Assembly: GCA_030704615.1 (NCBI GenBank)
Contig: CM060731.1
Location: 74,462,001 to 74,526,000, forward strand
Direction: 5' to 3'
Length of the DNA: 64,000 nt
Origin: Takakia lepidozioides
Lineage: Eukaryota; Plantae; Bryophyta
How positions within the stretch are numbered: position 1 is the stretch's first letter; the number at the start of each line of letters is the position of its first letter. Below the pieces are notes generated by a model. It was given only the letters and a program-made list of their open reading frames with translations, had not been told where the DNA came from and did not search any database. Made by a program: the position numbers and the translations under genes. This document shows, piece by piece, positions 50,301 through 61,846 of the stretch.

Positions 50301-52533
50301 AGATCCCGGTCCTCCCTTCCTACACTTACCTGGGCGTTGAGTTCTCCTCCAATTGTAATTGGGATGCACATATCCGGAAAGTTGTTCAAACTGGCCAGGG
50401 CAAAGCTCCGGGGCTCACTAAATTTTTCCACTGCAGAGGGGTCAACTCTGAGGTTAAGAAAACCATCCTTTGTCGCGTTATTAGACCTGCCTTGGAGTAC
50501 GGATCTGCTATATGGGTTGATAACTCCAACCAGGCTAAGTCTCTAGAATCCATTCAAGTGGGGGTGCTTATGGAGTGTATGTCAGCATGCTCCAAAACAG
50601 CCAATGTGGCTGTTCAGGGTGAGTTTTGCATTCCGTCCTTAAGCTCCCGACGAGATGACAGATGGTGGGGTCAGCTGCAACATATGCCCAACACCAGATA
50701 TCCTAAGTTAATCGACTCTATATCTTGGAAACAGGACCGCCCTGTCAAACAGGCTAAGTCCTGGCAGAAGAGAGTAGAAGAGATCCTCAAGGACCTGGAC
50801 CTGGATCCGCAAGTCTTGACCCTGCTGGATAAATCTGACTTAGAGGCTGTAGTGTCCTCAGCCATGTCTGTTGCCATGAGATTGTCTGATGAAAATGAAG
50901 TTAGGCAGAAAACTTCTCTGAACTTGTTTCCAGTCTGTGACATGGGGGAGGACATCTTGGATGACCTCAAGGGTCTACCCACACTCGGCACTAGACTGAA
51001 ATTTAAACTCAGGGCAGGAAGCCTACCTTTGAACAGCAAACAGAAGCAGAGAGGAAAGGGAGAGTGCAATTGCCCGTTGTGTGGGCAATCTGAAGACAGT
51101 ATTCATTTTCTGATACACTGTCCGGGGTTCTCTCACCAAAGAGACGCTCTCTTCAAATCTATTAAGGGAATTGTGCCTGTACCCCTGTTTACCAACTTTG
51201 AAAGTCTCGAGGCTGAGCCAAAAGCCCAGGCCCTCCTGAGGCCTAGTTTTTGGGCAAATCACACACAGCAGATTGATGCTTGTGTGAAGGGATTTCTAGA
51301 GGATATCTGGAAAACCCTGATTAATTCTTTATATGGAGGTAAGTCTTACTACCAACGTCAGCCCCTGACAGAGGTAGGTTCTGTCCCTTTTGTTCCCGCT
51401 CAAACTGGGCGCGGGGTCAATGGCCACAAGGCTACCAAACAACGTCTTATGAGTACAATCTTTTCCCTCTAGTTCACTGTCTATCAGTAAGTCTATTGGG
51501 CACAAGGTCATGCCTTGGTTGTAGAGGAGCAAAAGTAGCCACCATGTCTAAGGTGTTCTGTGGTAGTGAGCTAGATGGTAACTCTCATATCCATTACTAA
51601 TGTGTGGATGCAATACCTTGAATGGATTTATGATGTGGAGAAGATGCCATTCATGATGCTGCGGAATCCAGACTTATGTTACTATCCAAGATGTTGTGCC
51701 ATTCGGACACACCGACTTGAGGGTGTTGATATTCAGAAGCTTCTCAAACGAGTATTTCTCTGAAACCATTGTCATTTCTGTACCACTTTCTTCAGTGTGT
51801 CTGTAAACATTGACACTTGTTAGGATCCACAACTCTGTATGAACAAAGGAAACAAGACATAGTATGTGCATGGGGGACTCATGGCCTCAGAAAGAGAAAG
51901 ACAGACAGCATAGGCATCCACAGATTCCTAACACTGCTTTAGATTTTCATTCCCCGAGAAGTCCACCTGGATACCACTTGCTCTTGCTCAAGGCCAAGGT
52001 TATGTGCGCAGAATGGAGGAAAGCAGAAAGGGAGCTTGACAGCTGAGCAGATGGAGGCCTTGTGGCATGCATTTGATGAGTTGTCGCCCGGCTACTATCG
52101 TCGCTCTAAAGTGCATGTGGTGCAGCTGCGAAGACTCCTTTTGCTGGCACGACTGGACCCTGACGATCAGCTGGTACCTGTCATACTCTGTCCCTCCCCC
52201 CTTTCACCTCCATCTGACCTAGGAAGCACCAGGAGGCAACTCCAGCGATGGAGGTGCAGTAGGAAGATCTCTCTTCTAGTAGCTGTCTTATAGAATCTTT
52301 CTTTCCTTTCTTTGATGAGAATATCTATTATCTTGTTCTTCTGCAAGGTCCCTCTCTACCTTGTCCAATGGCCCCTGTGGTGGCCTGGTCTTAAATATTG
52401 CTTCTGACAGTTTCCTCCTTTCATCGTGCAGGGAGAGAGGTTATTGTCATATCTCTTAGAAAGTGCCTTGCAGACTGACGGACTTACCTTCAACTACTTC
52501 ATGCATCACATCCTTGCCTTTCATGATCCCTGA
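47332..52533 (+). CDS. MORN-repeat (MORN3-like) protein with a C-terminal degenerate EF-hand-like pair
   Basis: Exons ~47332-47790, 48096-48210, 48441-48686, ~51644-51751, 52012-52173, 52432-52533. MORN repeats YVGDVMGGLPHGHG, YEGEWEYGGKCGTG, YDGEWCKGRRHGIG, YIGNWTKDNRDGWG, YEGEW. C-terminus LTAEQMEALWHAFDEL...QLRRLL...DGLTFNYFMHHI. Confidence 0.75.
48731..51458 (+). mobile_element. 5'-truncated non-LTR retrotransposon (RTE/RTEX-like ORF2: RT plus CCHC knuckle) in a MORN-gene intron
   Basis: KAGGPDGI, YKKGDREEPGNYRGITLL, QAGFR, FLDVKKAYDTV, GVAQGCTLSPLLF, FADD, YTYLG, CPLCGQSEDSIHFLIHCP; 11-bp TSD tcttttccctc at 48720-48730 and 51459-51469; frameshifts and a stop at ~48985, 49299, ~50207. 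Confidence 0.92.
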
Positions 52534-53626
52534 TAAACTGCATCCTGTTGATATACCAAGCTGTAAGTTTCGCACAACATATACTGGACTTGCATTCAAG
52601 TGTTGGCAGACCTCATCTTGTTAAGTGGGCTACAAAAGAAGCCCCATCCCATAAACTTGTAAACACAATGATAGAACTCTTAAGTACAGTATCTTGTCCT
52701 GAAATACAGCTGACTGAAAGGCATGGGTCCTAATCCAACCAAAACTTGTATTCGATGAAAGATGTCATCAACGCCAAAATCTTCTCTGAACAAATGGCTT
52801 GCGACTTCATGTTCATCTTCACTTGTTGCACCCAACCACGAAGATACCAAATATTCTTATTGCTGTACCTACATAACCAAGCTAACATGCTGAGTTGATG
52901 TGGTTAAGGTGATAGAAATGAACTATTTCTGTAGATTAGGTGCAGTCAACTTTGAAATTTATGATATTTTGTCTTGTAACTTGTGTGCTGTAGAATACAT
53001 CCACAGAGATTAAAACTCATCATAGTCTGTCTGTTTGAGTTTTTTTTTTTATGGTGTGTACACCTTTGCATTTTGCAGACAAACTTGGGCCTAGTTTGTT
53101 TGGTATCATCACAACCATTCCCCATATCTATATCTATACCTTGATCAGACATAAATAAAGTATACCAAGAACTCACTCATTTGTCATAGGTTACCTGAAC
53201 CACATAAGATCCCCTTGTAAGGTAAGAAGGACCCCCATAGTAAATATGCTGCGTAGCCTAGTAAGTACTAGCTTATTTTGGAGGGGTTCTGGAGGAGCTT
53301 TTCAATCTCCTTCGGGCTAGGGCTCTGTCCCCCTGTAATGTCCCATGGCACAGAATGGGGGTAAAATTTCCCCCTCAAGGCCCTTGAGCTGTCAGCTAAA
53401 AGTTAACCCAAAAAGAATTCTTCGGCAAAATAAAGGTGAAGTTTGTGTAATGTCCAATGAGTTACTGAACCTTAAACAAACTTCATATTCACTAAGTACA
53501 TTAGTAGAGGGAGCCTTGTGTAAGGTACAGACCAATTACCTTCCCACCTACAACCATAACAAGCCCGGCTGCTGCAAGCACAAGCTGAGCATGCCTCAAG
53601 AAGGGACGGTCTTTGCGGAAGTCAGG

Positions 53627-56600
53627 TTACTGTATCCCCAGTTCACTCTCCAAAAATCGTAGAAGTGCTAGGCTGGCAGCCCACATGTCATCATCAAAGA
53701 CATGCTCGGCAGGTGAGTGGCTGATACCGCCAGCGCACCGCACAAACAACATACCCACCTGCATGCATCAGTGAACACGGCATGTCAGCCCGTAATTCAT
53801 GGGGAGCACCTCCTTGCTTGTGAGATTGATGTATCTAAGCACCGAAAACAGGGAAGATGATCATCACAAGTCTGGTTGTCTTAACTTGCGGTGTGCTAAG
53901 TGAATGGGTTATAGGCCTCCCTTATGAGCATGAATATCATTTTAAGTTACTGATCCTGCTTGGTGCAACTTGTTGGCTATCAAACTCAAAACAGTATGCC
54001 ATGGAGCTTCAACAGTGAACGTTATACAAAAGTTCCAGATTTGGCTGTGGATGAGGAAGTCTGCGAAAGCAAATGAAGAAGAAAAGGAAGGTTATTATGT
54101 CCACAAAAAGCCCAGATAAGAAATAATAGAACAGACAATGAAACAAAGAGAGGATGGAAGAACAAAACTTTATAATGACTTTCCGAATCTATTGCTGTAC
54201 AAACATTTCCTATTCCAAATTGAGACTGTTATCTCATGCCTTATCATTGGATACCAAATCAGGAACAAAGTCAAGACTCTTACTTGAGTAAGATGTGAAA
54301 GTGCCATGGCATCATGTCCTGCACCACTAACCAATGTCGGTACTGATGCTGGGCCCTCTCTCTCTTCAAGCAAAGAAACCCTTCTTCGGAAGGGAGGGAG
54401 TTCTTTATTGGCTCTGTATGCTGCTGCTTGCAACCGGTCGATTAGCCCTGGGGCACATGAGATAGCATTGGCCTCATGCTGTAACATCAGAAACAATCCA
54501 CAGGCACATCTTCACTTCGTCAATGCCTCAAGTGCATGAATACATGATTGTAGATCATGACAAACCCTCATTCCCTATACGCATGTAGGGTCAGCATCCC
54601 ATGCTTCTGTACAAAGAAGACGAGGGACACAGTACCTTGTAAAGGTCTTCTATATATTTGTGAACCAGTGATCCTAGCTGCATCTGTCCCAGTGACATGA
54701 TACCGAGTTGCGACCAATCCAGTTTTCATTTGAGAGTCTGAAGTGCTTTGTAGTTCCCAAGCACGCAGCTTTGTAAGCCTAGAGAAAGACAACTCACAGC
54801 TATCCTTTGAGCTCCATTCTCATGGGAGACCAACTTTTAGGAAATTACATGTTGTCAGAGGCAATTACCTAAGAACAGACCTTGGGTTCTTGCAATCCTG
54901 ACCGTCAGTGTGTTTTCAGAATGCAAGGTTGCAATTTCAACTCACATGGCTGTGTGCATGTGGAATCCTTGAAACACACTTCCATGACTATTCTGTCATT
55001 ACAAACAAAAACAAAAAACGGAGATTCTATCAGTACCTTTCTTTGAATGCTGCAAGCCACCCCCCGGGTCTTACAAATCTCATGAATGGAGTGCTCTATG
55101 TTCACCACTGTGGTCTCACGAAAACTGTCATCCTTGGTCCTGACATCCACTGTGAAGATAACCTGTTCCAAGCACCACTTGGGAGAACAATGTGTGACTG
55201 GTCCATTTCATTCAAGATAAATCACGATATATTCTCTGCTCCCCATCAGATGGTGGAAAATGTCATGTTATGTGTAGAGAAGCCAGATTCCATACATTCC
55301 ACCAATTTTCAAACAACCCATTGGTTGATTGGGTGTGGCAACAACTTTCACAATTTTATGTAGACAACTCTTTCGCAGCCATGGCCCCCCAAAACAATGC
55401 ATGATTTGGTAATACAACATGTAAATGAAGAGTATTTTAGAAACTGATGACAAAATATGGATTGAAAGGTTGGATAGATACCTCTCCTGGAATGACATTA
55501 CTTGCACCAGGCCATGAAGTAATTTCTCCAACAGTACAGACAATAGCCCCAGCATGATTGACAGATGTCAACATGCCATTTGCGAGGCATCCACCTGGGG
55601 TTTTCTGAGAATGTGTGCAGAGCTGCTCTATCGCCACAATGGCCTGGGCAGCTGCTGGCATAGGGTCTTTTCGCATTAGCATGGGAACTGTGCCAGCATG
55701 CCCCTGTGAACCCCGAACCTTCACCTGCAACACACATTTTCTGCGTGATTAAGTACAAAGGTATTATGTAAGCTGGCTTTCCATATCCTGGCTAGTTTGA
55801 AAAAATAGATACACCTGAAGGTTGGAAGTCATGTTGAAGTTCATTGCTAGGCTGGTTCTATATACTTCTTCATGAAAGAATACCCAACGAGCCGGATGGC
55901 TTCATACCACAATCAAGTGGAATATGGTGAAGGAAAGGCTTACAGTTAAGCGAGTTTGGCCAGCTATGGCCTCAACCACTCCAAGTGGCAGTCTTTGTGC
56001 TTCAAGAACCGGTCCCTGCTCAATGTGAACCTGTGTTGTTACCACAGCTTCAACACCATCAGCACATGGATTCATTTACTGGAAGTAATTGCTGCACCAG
56101 CTTGGAAAAGAGAGGGTTTATGACTTTCTGGACAGCAATTGGCTATTTAGGATCAATTATCTAACGTCCATTCATCGAGCTTTGACATTGTTCCACTTTC
56201 ATAATAAGCAACTCTAGAGATCCATCAGGTGGCTCAGGCAGTGGCAATGAGCTAGTCTGTAGAGAGAGCTTATGTGGCTGCCTCAATACAGCCATGCCCA
56301 GCAGTCTGAATCGGACCCACGTGTATACAGTCCAGGGTCAACATGAGCTCGAGAATTACCTCGACATAGGCCCGCACTGAAGCTCGATCATACTGGAGTT
56401 CAGCGAGGCTCTCTTCAGTACCCTTCAACGAAGCAGCCTTCAAAGCATCTGCGACTGTAATACCACTGCAATACATAGGATAATGTCTTCATCAAAATCA
56501 ACTTTTACCATTCACCCTTACCAGGCCCATGGTCGGGTCACTTCTTGCAGTAAGTTCATGACAAGTCAAAGGTTCGCAGTATTGGCAGTGTTAGTTTCCA

Positions 56601-59600
56601 GTACGAAGAAACAGCATTCCATGATGCAACTTGATGAACCTTAAACAACAAGGAAGCTGGATTAAAACAGTGACAAATACAAAACCCAGAACATATCACA
56701 CCTGCAAAAATGACCAGGGAATAAACATGGCCTTACAATAAATTGTCTCAGGACAAATTTCCTATTATCCATAATTTTTACATTTCGATAAACTTGCGTA
56801 TTGGCACAATGCTATTATTGACTAGGCTTGCAGTACCCTGCACTAAGTGACTGATGCCCACTTTCCCTTCCTTCCCAGCTACCCATGGTGTGGATTGCAT
56901 TGAATAATACCTCCTAACCAACTTTCCTTACTACCACACAATAACACGGGAGCTCAAGTAAGCAGCAGAGAGTTCGAAGGCCAGCCAACCAAACCTTTTA
57001 TCAGTACTCTGTAGGACCTTAGGTTGAAAGGTTCCTGCAACTGCTGCACTGCCTAGGAATGTGGAGTGGAAGCGAACTCCCTCCTCATCACTGAATGCTA
57101 TCACCTGTCTTGAATCCATTGTGACAAATCAGTAGTTGTTCAACCTCATCCTGTGCAACAAATTTGCACAAAAACGTTGATTGCTGTACAAGAATTTGTT
57201 CGCCCATTTCAAGAGATTATTAGTGCCATAATCAAATTGGAAACCCCATCAACCACCTCACGTCCACGTGACCCTTCTGCTGACTTTGGGAAAAGATCTG
57301 TAATAAGAAACATCAAGTCTAGTCAGCAATGTAAGAAAACCTGCATAAGTCTGTCTTACTCTAACTACAACATCTAGCCATGGGCCAACATGACAGCCAG
57401 CCTGTAAAACAGCAGACTGCCTACCTCAATGGGGCATGGGGATTGGTGTAATCTCCCCTCTGTATTGAGAACCTTGACGGCAGCAATTGCACTCACAATA
57501 CCCAATGCTCCATCGTAACGCCCTGCATCAATGACTGTGTCCTGTGTCCCTCCCCACAACCACTTCCACTCAACAAAATACAACAAGAGCTCTCCGTATG
57601 CTATTGGGGATTCAATATTTTTAATATCAAGTTAGTAAACAATTGTCTAGAGAGTATATGTTTATTAGTATACTACAAGCATGCACATAAATGCAGCGTG
57701 TCGCCTCAAACATTTAAGTCTGTACATGTCAGTGCAAATAGAACCACTATTATATATATCCGTACTACTGGACATAACCAAGCTGGTCCCAGAAGACGTG
57801 CGTGTAACTAAGGCTCATAGGAAATTGCATGGAAACAATAAAACTGAAGGTGTCGCCAATTCAGGCAACTTCCCAGCTCAAAGAATCCAACAGAAATGTT
57901 CATGTGCATGTCGTGTAAAGCTTACATACAAGGTGGGAGCCAAGCAGGAGAGCTGGTGCAGTAGAATTGGCCCCCTCAGAACGTCCGTGTACATTGCCCA
58001 TGTCATCTAACCATCTGTAAACCATCACACAATTGGTTGCCCTGTCGTTATTGACAAACATACAGTTCCAGAGCCTATTTCTCCAGTTCTCCTAGTCCTA
58101 CAAATTAGTCATACAAATGTTTGACTAAGAGAAACTCATTTGCCCAAGCTTCACAATTCAGAACTGAAATGTGTATCATAACCTCTGTGAAGAAGCACTT
58201 CATGGATGCCAAGAAGCATAATTGCAATTGGAGAGAGCTTACGTTAGAAGGCCAGCATCTTGCATCCATGATTCGATGAGATGACCTGCGTCCACTGCTG
58301 CTTGGCTTAAGAATGTCCGCACCAAGTACCCTTCTGCATCACTCACCTGGACGACACCCAAGAGTTTGAGTAGCTATGTTGGAATGAATTGGAGAAATGA
58401 AATGAAATGGTGATTTATAACGTCTGCGGAAAGCTCATAGAGCTTATGGGACAAAATGGAAGAAAAGATGAGAGAGGAAACAAAACCAAAGCCAAGAATA
58501 AGAACTATTGTTCGAGTGATTGTCTAAGGGGAAGGCCTCGTGCAGGAAGCTGCCAAGCATTTCTGATCCGGAGAGATAGAAATGAAAAAAAAGTCCAAGA
58601 GAGAGAACAATAGAGAACAACAGACAGTACACAGAAAATGACAGAAATGAAATGAAATGAAATGGTGCTTTATAACGTCCATTCTTTTTTTAGAAAGAAA
58701 GAGACAGACAGGCTGACAAGTGGACACTCACATTGCCCAGCTGCATCAACCTTGCGACGACTTCATCTCTCAATATTTCCCGATTGGTGTTGTAACCATC
58801 CTCCTGCACACTCCATCCTTCAATGCAACGTCCATGCCCCCCCAACCAATCAGGCTGAAACCACCATCTGTGGTATGCAATCAGCACCAGAGAACTACGA
58901 TGAAGATTAGATCAACAATGAGCAGTGACTCCTACCTTAACCGCATTGTCTATTTCAGTTCTCTTGGGGTGAATGCCTCCCCTCTCCGCCTCTGTTTCTT
59001 TTGGTTTGGAGTAAAGTGGTGTCTCTTCTCTCGCCCATTAGACTGTGATTGTGTATCAGCTTGCAGCGGGGTCTAAGCTTTTCATTTATACCAGCCGGTT
59101 CTAAGTCTTTTTTCCTCTTAAACGCTTGGTGGCCTGGACATGCTCCATTCTCTCTCCTTGGCTGGAATAAGTTTTCTGGGAGTCTCTCTGCTGCAAGGCC
59201 TTGCAAGCCACATTTATGTTTGTCGCAGTTTGACATAACCCCTTCATGTGGGGAAGTCACAGACTTTGACTTAAGGAGAATAGTGTCTCATTGTCCTCCA
59301 GGGATGTTTACCTCCAATAAATACTAGAAAAAAGATCTTTGATTTCGCACATGTATGTAACCCAGCCTTTCCAAAGCAATAGGAACACATTGTATATCCT
59401 GAACGCCTTAGCCAAACTAGGACGTGTGCTATCCACAGGATCCATAAAAAACTCTTTCATTGGTGATTTTGTTCTCTTGCACAGCAGGCCACAAATAAAA
59501 GGTTCAGTGTATAATATTTCATATCATGGGATGTAGGCTGCGAAATGTAGCTTAAAACAGCCCCAGAGAGAGCACATTACAACATAGCAGCAAAATAATG

Positions 59601-59961
59601 CAGGTGTAATTGACACAATCCATACTGGGCATTTGTGGAGAGATTGACAGAACACAGGTCAATTTATTGAATGCTCTCTTTCTCAGCCTTTTTATGTCTC
59701 TCTTGAGGCTTTTGTATTACCTCTTCTACACAAATCCAAGTAGAGTCCCTGCAAGAATCTCAAAAATACCAACCTGACTCTGTCTCACAAACTACTAATA
59801 ATTTCACATTTAATCACAAATAAGAAGAATGGGAGAACTTGTGGTAGCCAGGTACCTAAATAGGACTGATGTGTTTCTTCATGGGCGAGGAACGCTACCG
59901 CATGGCAGCCCAGCAGCAGCCAGATGAAGGCGACAAAGCAGATGACGCGCATCTGCGCCAT
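53627..59961 (-). CDS. AAH: Allantoate amidohydrolase (allantoate deiminase, peptidase M20 family)
   Basis: EILRDEVVARLMQLGN|VSDAEGYLVRTFLS; DDMGNVHGR; LLLGSHL|DTVIDAGRYDGALG; FSDEEGVRF; VHIEQGPVLE; GHAGTVPM; WPGASNVIPG; SGAGHDAMA; GGISHSPAE; stop 53627-53629. Probable signal-peptide exon MAQMRVICFVAFIWLLLGCHAVA at 59961-59856; its splice link to the next exon is not resolved. Confidence 0.93.
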
Positions 59962-61846
59962 CTGGTTCTGACGATGTTGACAGGCGAGTGAATGTAGCGC
60001 TCAAAGGTGGTCGAATTGATGAAGATACTTCAGAAAGACTGGAAGGAAGAAGATAAGACAACTAATTTCGCTATGCTGTGTGCGAAATCAGAACTGCAAC
60101 GAAATTGCTTGATAATTATAGCCACAACGATATGGCCGGACAGGTATGAGAGTCTCTTGAATGAATGACTCTTTACACCGTCAAAAGGAGACGCAAGAGA
60201 TGAGCAAGTGATAAGATACTTTGCTAATGCACTCCCCTTATCACTCCCTCGATCAAGAGGGCCGATCCTAGAAATATATCTCAAACCTTTTGAGTTCAAA
60301 TCTTGGAAAGAAATACTAGTATAGGATTACTACGGGTGCTTGGTCATACGGAACAATCATCACAAGAAGAGACAGACAGACAGACAGAAAGAAAGAAATG
60401 TTATCACGTGCACAGGGGACCCGAAGGGCGCATAATCGAAAAAGTAAAACAACAAGAAACCACTCGAGAACAATGAAACAACGTCCGGAGACGGAACCAG
60501 ATTGTCGCACAGCGAGGGGGAAATTCACAACATATCCTAGAGAGTGCTGTTAAAACTCATGAAATCAGCAATTTGATCCCAGTATACGTTATCATTTTCG
60601 GGAAAATCCTCAACACGTCCACAGAAGAGGATTGGTAAAGAGAGAGATAAAGCTAAAAAGGAAGGGCGAGGGAAGAAGCACAGAACGAGTATGCAGATAA
60701 GAGAAATCAAAACTTCAAATGCATCTTCGCCATTACAATTACCAATTCGGAGCAAAAAAATTGTCGTAATCCCTCAGCACTCTCACAGCAGAAGAATCAT
60801 CCAAGAACAAGGAAACAGATGAGTGTCTCGATTGAGGGACGTAGAAGCCTCGAAGCACTGGTGAGAGAGAGAGCGGATCTGAGGAAACGAAATATGTACA
60901 CACTTGACAGTTGAGTACAAGAGAAGCCACCAGTCGACAATCACCTCGCAGGAATGTTTCGGAAGGGAGTTAGAGAGCAGAAAGATGCAGATTCAAGAAG
61001 AGAATACGAACAGCCACCTTTTTCCAAAGATGCAGGAGCGAGCTGAGCTCCCATAGGCCTGCCTGCGCTGCTCACTGTGCACCGCTCGTGTCCTGTACAC
61101 TACTACACACTTGGCGCCACGTCGCCCCCCTTTGTTATCGCAGGTCACGGGTCTCTAGTGATAACCTAAGAGTTGAGTTTCACCTTTGAGTTCCGGGGTG
61201 GCGGGCTTCAATCAATGAGTAGAGTTTCGTCTGTTTCAAATTTGTCATATACATAATTCCCCTCAAAAAAAACAAAAACGTGGACAAGTCGCCAAACGGC
61301 TGGAGTCTCCTCTACACGGAGCATGTTGGTTAGGCATCATGTTCTCAGCTCCATTCTCTCTTCTTCTTCTCTATGGTCCCCCTCACTTTGCTGGTTAGTT
61401 CAGGAGCTTACTTCAGGGGGGCTCCTCCACGGCCACTTCCCATGGTTATCGAGTGAGTTTGGCAGTCTAGCTGTTTTGCCCTTTTCTTTCTATCGCTTTC
61501 TCTCTTTCATCTTCTGTTTACGTGAGCTCCCTCTCTCTTTTGATCGTCGGCGAATTGGTGCTCCGCTCACGCGCGCTAGCACCGCAGCCACTGTGTCCTC
61601 GTCCAAACGTCAAAGGACTATCGACGAGGATAGAGACTTGCCTTCATCCTCGCCTCACCTAGGTTCTCCTCTATTTCTCATTCTTGGCCCGGCCTCTCAA
61701 CATGCTTTTTCCTTGCGCCAGTACTCCACGAGGAGTGCTGATATTCAAATCTTAAGGGATCAAGCTGCTACCCTGCAAACTCGTTGCATCTCCAAGGAGG
61801 CACTGCAGCAGTTGCTCGAAGCACAAGATAAGGACTACGAGAAGTT

